From: Alphaproteobacteria bacterium | GTDB taxonomy: Bacteria > Pseudomonadota > Alphaproteobacteria > Bin95 | DNA: 64,000 nucleotides | Assembly: GCA_964291285.2 (NCBI GenBank) | Contig: OZ219787.1 | Coordinates: forward strand, 96,001-160,000 | Reading direction: 5' to 3' | Shown: positions 21,796 to 32,852 of the stretch, piece by piece | How the letters are laid out: each line of letters starts with the position of its first letter | Position numbering within the stretch: the first letter of the stretch is position 1 | Notes under the pieces: generated by a model | Seen by the model: the letters and a program-made list of their open reading frames with translations, nothing else | Told to the model about the DNA's origin: nothing | Databases searched by the model: none | Made by a program: the position numbers and the translations under genes

Positions 21796-22137
21796 ATGGC
21801 AAACAGGAGCTTCCAGCGCTCGATCCGGTTCACGAAAAACGAGTGGGATGCCGTGGTCGAGGCCGCCGAGAAGGCCGGAATCACTCCCGGCTCGTTCGTG
21901 CGCAGGGCCGCCGCGCGCGCCGCGGCCGACGATCTCTATCTCTACGGTGGCGGCTTGACGCCGGAATTGGCCGAGGTCATCAGGCGAACTTTCCGGGGGA
22001 TGCACTTTCTGGCGTGGCTCAGGGACCGGGAACTCGCAGCCCAGGGCCGAGAGAGCGACCTCGAAGCCGCCGCCGAAGCCGCGCGAAGCGCGCTGGCCGA
22101 GATTCTCGACGGGATGGAGGCGGACACCGAAGGCTGA
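21796..22137 (+). CDS. Ribbon-helix-helix protein (TrwA/MobC-like relaxosome accessory)
   Basis: RSIRFTKNEWDAVVEAAEKAGITPGSFVRRAA; GGAGG RBS. Confidence 0.75.
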   Translation: MANRSFQRSIRFTKNEWDAVVEAAEKAGITPGSFVRRAAARAAADDLYLYGGGLTPELAEVIRRTFRGMHFLAWLRDRELAAQGRESDLEAAAEAARSALAEILDGMEADTEG

Positions 22138-22464
22138 GCTTGCCGTGAAAATTGTTGGGGATCGGGCGCACAAAACCCCTCCCCGCCAAAGCACTGCTCC
22201 CGAGGCGTCCGATACTCGCCATCTGCGGCGCCCGTCTTGCGGACCGTGACCGGTAGGCAACCCCGTAAAAGCCCGAAGTCCCGCCCGCGCGGCCGGCACC
22301 TGTTTTCATGATACGGGGTGGCCGACCCGCCCGGCAATGGACGTTTGGGTCGAAGACCCGGCGAACCGGGCATCGGCCCAGGTGCTTGATCAAGCCGGTG
22401 GCGGCGTTATCCTTGCCCCCAAGGTGAATTTTTCGGTGGGGATAGCGCGAGAAGCGGGAAGGCG

Positions 22465-22707
22465 ATGACGCGGCATGTGAAGATCGGGGAGGCCAAGACC
22501 CACCTTTCCGCGCTGCTGGCAGCGGTGGAGGCGGGTGAGGATCTGGTGATCTGCCGCGGCACGACGCCGGTCGCCCATGTGACGCGGATCGCCGTCGAGG
22601 AGGAACACGCCACGCTCAGCGCGACGCTGCGCCGGGAACGCGCGAAGCAGCAGACGGTGACGACCGCGGAGATTCTGGCCTGGCGTCACGAGGGACACGC
22701 GCTCTGA
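22465..22707 (+). CDS. Phd/YefM-family antitoxin
   Basis: VKIGEAKTHLSALLAAVEAGEDLVICRGTTPVA; TGATG overlap with toxin. Confidence 0.9.
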   Translation: MTRHVKIGEAKTHLSALLAAVEAGEDLVICRGTTPVAHVTRIAVEEEHATLSATLRRERAKQQTVTTAEILAWRHEGHAL

Positions 22708-23108
22708 TGGCATTCGTTCCCGACGCTTCGGTCGCCGCGGCCTGGGTTCTGCCGGACGAGAACGCGGCGGCGGCCGACATTGCGCTGGACCGGCTGGGCG
22801 CGGAGACGGCGAAGGTGCCGGGCGTGTTCTGGCACGAGTTGCGTAACCTGCTGCTGAGCGCGGAACGCCGGGGGCGGATCACCGGACGCCACGCCGACGC
22901 TTCCATGGCGCGGCTGCGCCGTCTTCCCATCGTCTGCCCGGGCGAAACCGACGATAGTGCAGTCATGGCGCTGGCGCGCGCTCATCGGTTGAGCGCCTAC
23001 GATGCGAGCTATCTGGCGCTTGCGGTTCGCGAGGGCTATGCGTTGGCGAGCCTCGACCGGCGCCTGAACGAGGCCGCGGCCGCCGAAGGTGTGACGACAT
23101 TCGCCTGA
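22707..23108 (+). CDS. vapC: PIN-domain toxin
   Basis: FVPDASV, ELRN, LSAYDASYLALA, LASLD. Confidence 0.9.
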   Translation: MAFVPDASVAAAWVLPDENAAAADIALDRLGAETAKVPGVFWHELRNLLLSAERRGRITGRHADASMARLRRLPIVCPGETDDSAVMALARAHRLSAYDASYLALAVREGYALASLDRRLNEAAAAEGVTTFA

Positions 23109-23340
23109 AATAGCCCCTGCATCCAGCGCGGTCGGCTACATGCCGGGGTCCATCTCTACGGATTTTGCTTGCGTGCGGGACCTTCTCCGGCCCGTCTGCA
23201 CGGCCATTCTGTACCGAGCGCATCGGCACCGCTGCTTCCGGCACCCGTTCGATTTCTCTTTCGTATGCACCATTGCCGCCGCTGAAATCTCGACCGAGCC
23301 GGTCTGGCCCCACGCACCGGTCGACAGAGAGTTACGCCCC

Positions 23341-24542
23341 CAGGGCAATCGCTTTTGGTCTGGTCATGCTGCGGCCCGGATCAAGTTGAGGAGCAAGTCG
23401 TCGTTCCAGGCTGCGCGTTTGAGTTTTCCGCGCATGGCGTCTTTTGTGGGTTCGCGGCGTGCGATGTTGAGGGCGAGGCGTCGGATCAGGGCGAGGTTTT
23501 CGGGTCCGTGGTCCTTGCGGTTTCGCTGTCGGTCCTCGTTCATGGTCACGTCGAGCACCCAGTGCAGGCAGTTTTCGATGGCCAATGGGCGCGCGCGGCG
23601 TGCTGGAAGCGCTCGGGCGCGAGCGGCGCGCTCATGATGTAGTAGCGGGTTTCGGTTTTGGTGCTCTTTGCGGTTTCGCGCCTCGCCTCAATCTTGCCGA
23701 TGGCGGCGAGCCCCGGCCAGTCATGGCGCTCGCGCAGCCATGCGATCTCGTGGCAGACCGAGGCGCGGCGCGTCTCGATGCGCCCGTGATCGCCATCGAC
23801 ATGCTGACATGATTGGAGTTTGTCCGCCTGGGCGGGATCGGCCGGATACAGGCGCACATCCTCATACAGGCTGCCCTGATTGCCCTTGAGCGCCAGCACA
23901 TGGTCCCCGCCCCTGGCGGTAACGGCCTCGGCCGTCGCCCGCCGGGTATGCATCGCGTCCGCCGTCACGATCCGGCCCTTGAGCGCCAGCATCTCCAGCA
24001 GCTTCGGCATCGCCGCAATCTCGTTGGACTTGTCATCGACCTTCACCTGGCCGAGCATCAGGCGGGTCCCGGCGGCGAAGGCCTGCACCAGATGCACCGG
24101 CGAGCGCGCCGCGGCATCGGCGAAGGAACGCCGCAGCGACTTGCCGTCAATCGCGATCACATCGCCGTCCAGAACCGCCGCCCAGTCCTCCAGAAGCCGC
24201 AGCAGCACTTTCTGCAGGCTGTCGGGATCGAGGGCGTTGAACAGGTCCGAAAACGCATCGTGGCTCGGGATGCCGTGCTTCAACTCCATGAAACGGCGCA
24301 GAAACCCTTCCTTCGCCCGACCGAAACGCTCCATGTCCGCGCATCCCTCCCCGCCGCACAAGGTCGAGAGCAGCGCGATCATAAGCATCTCGTGCAGAGA
24401 GTGGCGCGTCGCATTGCTGCGACGCGGATCCGTAACTCCTTCGAATACTGACGAAAACTCCTCCATCTCACACCCCAACTCAACAGAAACGGAAACGGGA
24501 GTGTAGCAAAATCAAAGAAGGATTTTGCAGCTGCTATACCTG
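23341..24542 (-). mobile_element. ISAs1-family element, transposase frameshifted near 23585
   Basis: DPRRSN, GIPSHD, IAIDGKSLR, KSNEI, LALKGNQ, HGRIETR, then HW/AIENCLHWVLDV in another frame; CAGG ends. Confidence 0.9.
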
Positions 24543-24901
24543 ACATGAAGTTCGATGGATTCCCGTTTCTATGATTTGGGTACAGTGGGTTATGATGCCT
24601 GTCAAGCATATGATTTTGAGATGAAAAGGCATATAACCATACTGGCAAGTGAGGAAAAATGGTGCATATGGGTGCAGCAGAAGATTGAACCCGGTATGCG
24701 GGAATGATCCGGACAGGGTGAGGAACCATGATGATTGCACAGCAAGGCATATGGAAAGAATTATATGGATAATTGATTGGAACGGGGTTACGGTCCAACG
24801 CGATTCTATGGGTATGCAGGTGAAACATGCCTTTCTGGTATTATATGAGAGTAGATTCTATGGATAGGAGCAGCGCGCGGGACCGTTCCGGAGGCCGGCA
24901 T

Positions 24902-25156
24902 ATGGCGGCGAGGTTCCGGAGACGGAAAAGGAATGCGTTGCGGCGAGATGCCGGGCGATGCAGGCCGGCCGTTCCTGCGGGAGACAACCGGAACCGGACG
25001 GCTGCGGGGCGCCGGTCTTGCGGTGCAAGCGATACGCGCCTGGCAGGCATGGACTTCTCCGATGGGCGGCGGGTCCGGAGCGGACGGGAGGCGGGCTCTC
25101 GGCTGAAGTCGATACCGGCAGCCGCAGCCGCTTTCTGCCGGAAGGAAACGGCATGA
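24902..25156 (+). pseudogene. Probable degraded first gene of RHH trio
   Basis: Position, ATGA overlap and AGMDFS resembling AGMEIS of 48278-48661. Confidence 0.35.
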
Positions 25157-25485
25157 AGCTGGCGAAACAGCGTTGCTTCTACTGTTCCCCGGAAGTGTGG
25201 GAACGGATCCGCAGGCTTGCAGGGAAGGTGAAGCTGAAGGTCTCGCGCTTCATATGGCTCTGCTGCCGGCAGGCTGGCGAGGGAGACGGCGGCGCCCGAC
25301 CGGACGCCGCCGGGCATCCCGTTGTGCTGACGCAGGAGGAACAGCGCCGCCTTCACGAGAACGCCCGCAGGCTGTGCGGCGCCGGTCGTCTTTCGGTTCG
25401 GGCTCCTGGAGGCGAAGAGGCGAGTGTCACGTTCGGCGAGGCGGTGCGTTTCCTGCGCCTTGCCGAACGGGAGGACGGGGCATGA
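25153..25485 (+). CDS. RHH-like protein, homolog of 47941-48270
   Basis: WERIRRLA..VSRF..C..VVLTQEEQRRL versus AIREKA..VSRF..C..LVLSEEEQRTL. Confidence 0.7.
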   Translation: MKLAKQRCFYCSPEVWERIRRLAGKVKLKVSRFIWLCCRQAGEGDGGARPDAAGHPVVLTQEEQRRLHENARRLCGAGRLSVRAPGGEEASVTFGEAVRFLRLAEREDGA

Positions 25486-26006
25486 GGAAGCCGCGCGCCG
25501 CCAGGCCGGATACGAACGCCATGAACCGCACGGTCTCGCTGACTGACGGGGAGTGGGGTTCGATCGGGCGGTGGTCGGCCGCCCGCGGCAAGTCGAGGGC
25601 GCAATGGATGCGCGAATGCGCGCTGACGGTGGACCTGCCGGCGAAGAGGGCCGTGGCCCGGCCTCTGGTGCTGGACGCCGGGGAACAGCGCTGCATTTCC
25701 CGCCCGGTCGGGGATTTGGCGGGCCGGCTGTCTTCTTCGGGAAACGAAGCGGGCGGGACCCCCGGAGACGACCTGCGGGCATTGCTGGCGGCGCGGCTGC
25801 GGACCATGGCCGGGGACGGCCGGCGCGAGGCCGCGGTCGAACTGCTTCGCCATGTGTTCGGCGAGGAACGGGCAGCCGTGATCGCGGCGGCATTCATCCC
25901 TGAGCCGCAGCCGATGGACCGAACGGATGACGGGTCATCGGAAACCCGCCCGGACGATCATTCCGGGCGGAAACCGGCACCCCAGAAAAACCTGTTCGAT
26001 GACTGA
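25482..26006 (+). CDS. RHH-like protein, homolog of 47495-47944
   Basis: TVSLTDGEW..LVLDAGEQR..LRTM..GR..FG versus TISCSDLDW..LVLSGAEQR..LRDM..GR..FG. Confidence 0.7.
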   Translation: MRKPRAARPDTNAMNRTVSLTDGEWGSIGRWSAARGKSRAQWMRECALTVDLPAKRAVARPLVLDAGEQRCISRPVGDLAGRLSSSGNEAGGTPGDDLRALLAARLRTMAGDGRREAAVELLRHVFGEERAAVIAAAFIPEPQPMDRTDDGSSETRPDDHSGRKPAPQKNLFDD

Positions 26007-26299
26007 ATGCCGGCGTGATCCCGCGCCGAACGGACGGACCGCCGCGACGACTTCCGCGCTCTCCCGAGGGATGACCGGCCGGCACCCCGGACCCTCGCCG
26101 TTGCGCGGACCGCGTTCCACTGCGCGAACAGCTCACGGCAGCGCCGGATGACTTTCGGACGGGCGACGGGCGGCGCATGTCCGCCGTCTACCCCCGATCA
26201 GCGAGCGACCAATCCGCCGATTGAATGCCAAGCGATGAACCGTCCCGAAAGCGGGCAAATACCCTTGCCGTCGTCATGACGAGCGGCTATCGTCTCATT

Positions 26300-26446
26300 G
26301 CGAGGCCGGCGGGGGCGGACAGGCTGGTGCTGATCCACCACGACCCGCGCCGCGACGACGAGGCGATGGACCGGCTTGTTGCGGAAGCGGCCGAATACAG
26401 GCCCGGCACGCAGGCCGCGCGGGAAGGCATGGTGCTGAGCTTGTAA
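26300..26446 (+). pseudogene. C-terminal fragment of MBL-fold metallohydrolase
   Basis: GADRLVLIHHDPRRDD...AAREGMVLSL. Confidence 0.5.
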
Positions 26447-26529
26447 GGCGATGGTGAGACGAGCCTTCAGCCATGCATTGATGGAGAGCGGTGGCCGGTC
26501 TGGACGAAGTAAAACAGAGCGTTGTGTAG

Positions 26530-26922
26530 ATGAAAGAAGAAAAACTCCCCTACGACATGGGCAACGCAGGCGACTTGCTCAAGCACGGCGTCCTGACCGA
26601 GTTTGTCCGCTGGCGGTTGGCCGCGGACCGAAGACGGCGGATTCGCTTCTTGGACCTGTTCGGAGGAGAACCGCAGAGCTCCGACACACCCGAAGAAATT
26701 ATCCACCGCCTCCGCGCCTTGTCCGGAAGCGCTTTGCAAGAGGCGCAAACAGGAATTAGAGACCGGCTTTATTATGGCAGTGGCCAACTGGTCAGAATAC
26801 TGGGGGAACTTGTCGATGATCGAGTTTCCGTCTTCGTTTCCGATCGTGACGAGATCCGTAGGCAACGGCTGCGGGCTGCCGGGCTATCGATGTTGGAAGA
26901 AGCGTTTCCTGGCTGCGGGTTA
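26530..26922 (+). pseudogene. RlmJ-like methyltransferase, 5' half (3' half at 49371-49886)
   Basis: GNAGDLLKH, FLDLFGG, YYGSG; joins in frame across the TA duplication to give GCGLECGYDAYE...LIMIDPF. Confidence 0.8.
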
Positions 26923-27446
26923 GGTCGTGTACCCATAAGGGGTTTCTTCTTCAGCGGAGCTGTGATTCAAGCTCCCAACATCAGGGAGCGAGGACATGGG
27001 CCGGTACGATCTGACGGACTTCGAATGGCGGGTGATCAAGCCGTTGCTGCCGAACAAGCCCCGTGGGGTGCCGCGGGTTGACGACCGGCGGGTGTTGAAC
27101 GGCATTCTGTGGGTGCTTCGCGCGGGGGCGCCGTGGCGAGACCTGCCGGAGCACTACGGGCCTTATACGACCTGCTACAACCGGTTCAACCGCTGGCGCA
27201 AGAAGGGCATCTGGGATCAGTTGATGGATGCGGTGGTGGAGGCTCACGACGGCAATGTGCAGATGATCGACAGTTCGAGCGTCCGGGTTCACCAGCATGC
27301 GGCGGGATCAAAAAAGGGGGTCCGGATCGTTGCATGGGCCGTTCCCGTGGCGGACTGACCACGAAGATCCACGCCGTGTCGGACGTGAGCGGCCTGCCGG
27401 TCCGCTATGACCTCAGCCCCGGCCAGGCGCACGACACCACGGCCGC
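26923..27446 (+). mobile_element. IS5 family (IS427 group), left half
   Basis: IR GGTCGTGTACCCATAA; orfA 26996-27358; AAAAAAGGGGG slip site; orfB GRSRGGLTTKIH..GQAHDTTAA then break. Confidence 0.92.
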
Positions 27447-27562
27447 ACCTGTGGGTGCTAACTATCTGACATAGCGTCGTTTTTTCTCCCGAAATGCAGC
27501 GGTCGGGGAAGCGGGTCGCAAGGGCCCGTTCCCCGGCTGCAACCGGAGCCGGGAGAAACGCA

Positions 27563-28687
27563 ATGGCGAAGACTACCCTCACCGAGGCGCGCGTGAAGGC
27601 GCTCAAGCCCCGCAGGTCCGTCCGCGAGGTCCGCGACGGCAGGCTGAGGGGGTTCGGCGTCCGTGTGTCGCCCTCGGGCCGCAAGCAGTTCTTCATCCAC
27701 TGCCAGCATCGCGGCGCGCGTATCTGGAAGATCGTCGGCGACGCCGGGTCGATGAGCGTCACGGACGCGCGGGCGGCGGCTGCGGAGATGCTTGCCGCCA
27801 TCAGGCGCGGCGGGGAGGCGCCGCCTGCGCCGGACGAGACGCTCTTCGAGGCCGTCGCCGAAACCGTGTTCGAGCGCCATGAGCGCCTCTGGAAAGCCGG
27901 AACGCTCGCTGTCAACCGCAGCTATCTGCGCAACCGGCTTCTGCCGCATTTCGCCGGGCGTCCGGTTGCCGCCATCGACCGGCAGGAGGTAAGGAACTGG
28001 TTCGCCCGCCTGCGCGCGGTGCCGGTGGCGGCGGACCGGTCGATGCCGGTGCTGTCCGTCATCATGAGGGAGGCGGAGGCCATGGGCCTGCGCCCGGAGG
28101 GGTCCAACCCCTGCCGGGGCATCAGGCGCTACCGCCGCAAGGGCCGCGAGCGGTTCCTCTGCGACGAGGAAATCCACCGCCTGTCCGCGCGGCTCAAGGC
28201 GCATGAGGCCCGCTGGCCGCAGCATGTCGCCGTCATTCGCCTGCTGCTGCTGACCGGCTGCCGCAAGGGCGAGATCCTCACCCTGCAATGGTCCGACTGC
28301 CGCGAAGGCCGCCTCTTTCTCCGCGACTCCAAGACGGGGCCCCGGACGGTCTGGCTCTCCGAACCGGCCCGGGCCGTTCTCGACGGCCTTGAGCGGAAAG
28401 GCCGCCATGTGTTCCCGGCCCCGGATAGCGGGCGAGCCCGGAGCGGAAGCTGGCTGGACCACTTCTGGCGCAGGGTCCGCGCCGAGGCGGACCTGGAGGA
28501 CGCCCGCCTTCACGATTTGCGCCATACGCATGCGAGCCTTGCCCTCCGGCAGGGCGAGACCGTGCTCGCCATCGGCCGGCTGCTCGGCCACCGCAGGCCG
28601 GAAACCACGCTGAAATATACCCATGTCGCCGACGCCATGGTGCAGGACGCAGCCGAGACCGTCGGCGCCGCGCTGGAGGCAGACTGA
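27563..28687 (+). CDS. Tyrosine recombinase A (arm-binding type)
   Basis: RDGRLRGFGVRV; TGCRKGE, DSKTG, HDLRH, LGH, TLKY. Confidence 0.93.
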   Translation: MAKTTLTEARVKALKPRRSVREVRDGRLRGFGVRVSPSGRKQFFIHCQHRGARIWKIVGDAGSMSVTDARAAAAEMLAAIRRGGEAPPAPDETLFEAVAETVFERHERLWKAGTLAVNRSYLRNRLLPHFAGRPVAAIDRQEVRNWFARLRAVPVAADRSMPVLSVIMREAEAMGLRPEGSNPCRGIRRYRRKGRERFLCDEEIHRLSARLKAHEARWPQHVAVIRLLLLTGCRKGEILTLQWSDCREGRLFLRDSKTGPRTVWLSEPARAVLDGLERKGRHVFPAPDSGRARSGSWLDHFWRRVRAEADLEDARLHDLRHTHASLALRQGETVLAIGRLLGHRRPETTLKYTHVADAMVQDAAETVGAALEAD

Positions 28688-29850
28688 TGGCGGGCCGGGA
28701 ACGCATGAAGCTGACCGACGCCGCCGTCGCCCGGCTTCGCCCCCGCGAGCGGGAATATACGGTCCGGGACACGCGCATCGCCGGTCTCGGGGTCCGGGTG
28801 CGGCCCACCGGCGGGCGCAGCTGGGTGCTGCTGCTCGACAGGGACGGGCGCACGAAACGCGTTTCGCTCGGCCCGGTTGGCGTGAAGAGCGCCGCGGATG
28901 TGCGCCGGGAGGCTCTCGAACGCCAGGCGGCCCCGCAGCCGGAGAAGACTGCCAGACCGCCCGGCGCGGTCCCGCTGTTCCGGGATTTCGTCGCCGGCCC
29001 GTGGAAGGAGGCCCATTTCAACCGCTGCAAGCCGTCGGGCCAGCAAACCGCGTCCGGGATACTCCGGCGACAATTGCTTCCGGCATTCGGCCCGAAGCCG
29101 CTCGACCGCATTGCGCCGGGCCATGTCCGGCAGTGGTTCGACCGCTACAGCCGGACCGCACCCGGCGGCGCCAACCGCGCCCTCGACATCCTGCGGCAGA
29201 TCATGACCTTCGCCGCCGCCTGCGGCCACATCGAAGTCAATCCGGCCAGGGGCACAAGAAGGAACCGCCGCCCGGCACTCAAACGGTTCCTGTCCCGCGA
29301 GGAACTCGCGCGCCTGCACGGTGTTCTGGATGCACAGGCCCGAAGCCGCGACAGGCAGCAGGCCGACATCATCCGGCTGCTGCTGTTCACCGGTTGCCGC
29401 AGAGGCGAGATCACGGGCCTGCGATGGTCCGAGGTCCGCGAGGACATGCTGGCCCTCGCGGAGAGCAAGACGGGGCCGAGGACGGTCCCGCTCGGCAGAC
29501 AGGCCAGGACCATTCTCTACCGGCAGCCGCGCACGGGCAGCGCGTTCGTGTTTCCCTCGCCGCGCGACCCCGCCCGCCCGCGCAGCCCCGACCTGCCGCT
29601 CTGGTATCGGGTTCGCAAGGAAGCCGGCATTGAAGACGTTCGCCTTCATGACCTGCGCCATACCATGGCCAGCCATGCGGTGATGAACGGCGTGCCCGTC
29701 CCGGTCGTCTCCCGCCTGCTCGGCCATTCCAATGTGCGCATGACGCTGCGCTACGCTCATCTCGCCGACCGCGACATCGAAGCCGCCGCGGAACGCGTCG
29801 GGCAGGCGATGGCGCGGGCCATGAGGGGCGGCCCGATAAAGCCCCGGTGA
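28687..29850 (+). CDS. Tyrosine recombinase B, coupled to A
   Basis: TGATG overlap; TGCRRGE, ESKTG, HDLRH, LGH, TLRY. Confidence 0.93.
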   Translation: MAGRERMKLTDAAVARLRPREREYTVRDTRIAGLGVRVRPTGGRSWVLLLDRDGRTKRVSLGPVGVKSAADVRREALERQAAPQPEKTARPPGAVPLFRDFVAGPWKEAHFNRCKPSGQQTASGILRRQLLPAFGPKPLDRIAPGHVRQWFDRYSRTAPGGANRALDILRQIMTFAAACGHIEVNPARGTRRNRRPALKRFLSREELARLHGVLDAQARSRDRQQADIIRLLLFTGCRRGEITGLRWSEVREDMLALAESKTGPRTVPLGRQARTILYRQPRTGSAFVFPSPRDPARPRSPDLPLWYRVRKEAGIEDVRLHDLRHTMASHAVMNGVPVPVVSRLLGHSNVRMTLRYAHLADRDIEAAAERVGQAMARAMRGGPIKPR

Positions 29851-29929
29851 CGGGCCGCCCGTCCCCGGCCTCCCGTGGCCCGCCCGGCCTTCGTCATGAC
29901 CCGTGGGCGCAGCCTTCCGGACGCCGCCG

Positions 29930-32591
29930 CCTGCCAGCGCGCCTGAGGGTGACCCCGGCCTCGTGCGCCGCCCTGCCTGCCCCGTTGCCGTTCGCGGCCT
30001 CGCCGCCGGCAGGAACTGTCACGGCGCCGGCCCCATGTTCGACCGTGCGGGGTCCGCTTCCAGGCGGGCGGCGAGCCTGTCGGCGCGCGGCTCCCCAGAT
30101 CGCGCAGGACGGCGATCACGACCGGCGCGACATCCGGATGACGCAAGGCGCAGCGTCCGAGCGCCACGATCGCCTCGTCATCGCCGATCGCGCCCAGCGC
30201 CTCGACGATCCCGTCCGAGGGCGCGGCGGCGAGTTCGGCAGTCAGCATATCCCGGCCCGAAGCATCGCCCCGACGCGCCAGCGCCATCGCCGCTCCCCGG
30301 CGGATCGACGGTTCCCGGTCGGACAGCCCCTCCCGCAGCCGGGACGCCGGCACGCCCGCCCCGGACGCGAGGTCGAAGGCCGCCGTGCGCACTCCCGGAT
30401 CGTCATGGTCGAGGAACCCGGCAACGAATGCGGCCGGCAGGACCAACCCCGCCCTGGCGGCGGATTGCAACGCAACCGGCAGCAATGAAGCCGGCAGGCC
30501 CGGCGAAAGGACGATCCGCTTCAACGCGGCGTGCGCCCCGCTATCCTCCAGCCGCGCCAGGGTTTCCAGCACGGCGCACTGTTCCCGCAGCGGCCGATTG
30601 ATGCCGAAGCCGCGGAGCCGGCACCACAGACCCTCCAGCGCCGGAACCGCCGCCTGCAACGACCGCGCGACGACCTCCGCGCAGAGCGCGTCAACCTAAA
30701 TCCGGCATTTGAGGATGGCGTGGCCTTGCCGAATCCCTTGTAGTCTGCGGGTATGAGCGGCTTTTCAGGGGCCGAAGAGGCTCACCCTGTGGGTGATTAT
30801 CCTGGCGCTGTGCGGGATGTCGCCCGAGCGTTCGTGAAGGTGGACACCTTCGGCGGCGCGGTTCATGTGGAATGGGACCCTGATGCGGCGGTGACGCCGC
30901 TGGGGCATCTGGCGTTTTTCGCGGAATAGCTGAAGGTGAGCGGTCGCTTTGACGCTTTGGTTGCGGACTGCCCGCTGCGGTACACGAGCCCGAACGCGCC
31001 GTCGAAGCGGGATGTCCTGGGGACGGTTCTTCTGTCGGTTCTGGCGGGGCAGTCCCGCTATGCGCACATCACGTCGCTGCGCGGCGACGGAGTGAACCCT
31101 GCGCTGCTGGGTATGGACAAGGTTGCGAGCGAGGATTCGGTGCGGCGCGGTCTGGAGCGGATCGGTGCGGATGTCGGCACATCGTGGCTTCAGGGCCATC
31201 TGGACGAGGTGGTCCGTCCGCTGCTGAGGGAGCCGTGGGTTCTGGACTGCGACACGACGATCAAGGCGCTTTACGGTCGTCAGGAGGGAGCGGTTGTGAG
31301 CTACAACCCGAAGAAGCCGGGCCGCCCCTCGCATGCCTGCCATGCGTTCCTGATGGCGGGCACGCGGCTTGTTCTGGATGTCGAGGTGGCGCCGGGCAAC
31401 CATCACCATTCGAGGCGCGCGGCGCCGTCCTTGTGGGCGTTTCTCGACCGTCTTGGGCGGGATCGCTGGCCGCGTCTGGTGCGGGGCGACAAGGACTGGG
31501 GCAGCGAGGCCAACATGTCGTCGTGCGAGGCTGCGGGTCCGGACTATCTGTTCAAGCTGCGCCTGACGAAGGGGGCGCGCCGGCTTGCCGAGCGGCTGAT
31601 GGCGCGGGACGGCCGGGAGGATGCGGGCCAGGGCTGGTCGGGGATCGGGGCCGATCTGCGTCTGCAGGGCTGGAGCCGGACGCGCCGGGTTGTGGTGCTG
31701 CGCCGGCGGCTTCCTGCGACGCTGGCGCTGACGCGTGGCGACAAGGCCCGGGGCGAGCTGTTCCGGACCGAGGCGCAGCCCGGCACCGGGGTGTGGGAGT
31801 TCGCGGTGCTGGCGACCTCGCTGGACCTGGAGATACGCTCGCTGGCCCGGCTCTACCGCGACCGGGCGGACGCGGAGAACGGCTTCGACGAGTTGAAGAA
31901 CCAGTGGGGTTGGGGCGGCTTCACCACGCGCGACCTGACGCGCTGCCGGCACATGGCCCGGCTGGTCGCGCTCATCTACAACTGGTGGAGCCTGTTCGTG
32001 CGCCTCGCCGACCCCGACCATCACCGCGAGGCGATCACCAGCCGGCCGCTGCTCCTGCACGGGGTTGCCCGCCAGACCCACCACGCCGGCCAGACCCGGC
32101 TGACGGTGACCTCCCATCACGGGCGTCGCAAGACGGTGATGGCGGCGCTGCGCCGGATCGCCGGCTTCTTCCGGTCGCTGATGCAAACTGCGGAGCAGTT
32201 GAGCGCCGGGGATCGCTGGCGCCGCATCCTCGCCGAGGCGCTCAGGAAATACCTCCATGGCCGCGAACCGGGGCGTCAACCCTGGCTGCCGCCACCCAGG
32301 GTCGCGACCGCGTGCTGAAATCCACGCCCAAATCCGACCGTTCACACTACCCCGAGACAGCGATCAAGCCCGTCAACTGCCGGATTTAGGGTCAATATCC
32401 GCTGGCCCCGCATCTGCAAGCCGTCCGGTCAGCTCGTTGTCGCAAAGCGACGACGGCGCAGGGGCCGCAGGCCGGATCAAGTGCCCCGACCGGCTGCGGA
32501 CATCAGCCCGCCTGCATCCGTCGAACAGGTCCGGTTGACGGTCCGCCCCGGGCCGTTCCGGAGGGAAAGGATCTGGTGTCCGGGCGGACAT
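29930..32591 (-). pseudogene. HEAT-repeat protein interrupted by IS1380
   Basis: LDHDDPGVRTAA, LSDREPSIRRGAAMAL, EALGAIGDDEAI; frame ADID|ALCAEVV restored on IS removal; additional frameshift near 30090; 3' end approximate. Confidence 0.75.
30695..32390 (+). mobile_element. IS1380-like element A, copy 1 (1696 bp); transposase 30753-32318 has premature TAG at 30927
   Basis: IR CCTAAATCCGGCA; GTCAA duplication; LDCDTT, RGD, RADAENGFDELK. Confidence 0.92.
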
Positions 32592-32642
32592 CGGCGCAGC
32601 ATATCCGACGATCGGCCACCACCGCCACGGCAAACCACCGGC

Positions 32643-32680
32643 CGAGAAATTTGCGCTGTGGGGTTTTTCCGGTCGGATGG
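32643..32680. repeat. 38-bp exact direct repeat, copy 1
   Basis: CGAGAAATTTGCGCTGTGGGGTTTTTCCGGTCGGATGG, also at 39074-39111. Confidence 0.9.
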
Positions 32681-32852
32681 GACGTTGGGTCCGGTTGGTG
32701 ATGTTGTTTGTTCCGGCGTTCGAGGCGGTCGCCGCGGTTGCTTTTCGAACTTGAGCGGCCCAGCCCGGCAGCATCGCCGGCCTTCGGTCGCGGGTGTCCG
32801 TATGCCGGGGTCCGGCGGGTTGGGTCAGCGTTGTCGGCAGCCGGCTGAGGGG

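Noticed and set aside
27563-29850. RIT element or integron integrase
   Set aside because: Only two genes per cluster, each with an arm-binding domain; no IntI-specific insertion or attC sites were recognised.
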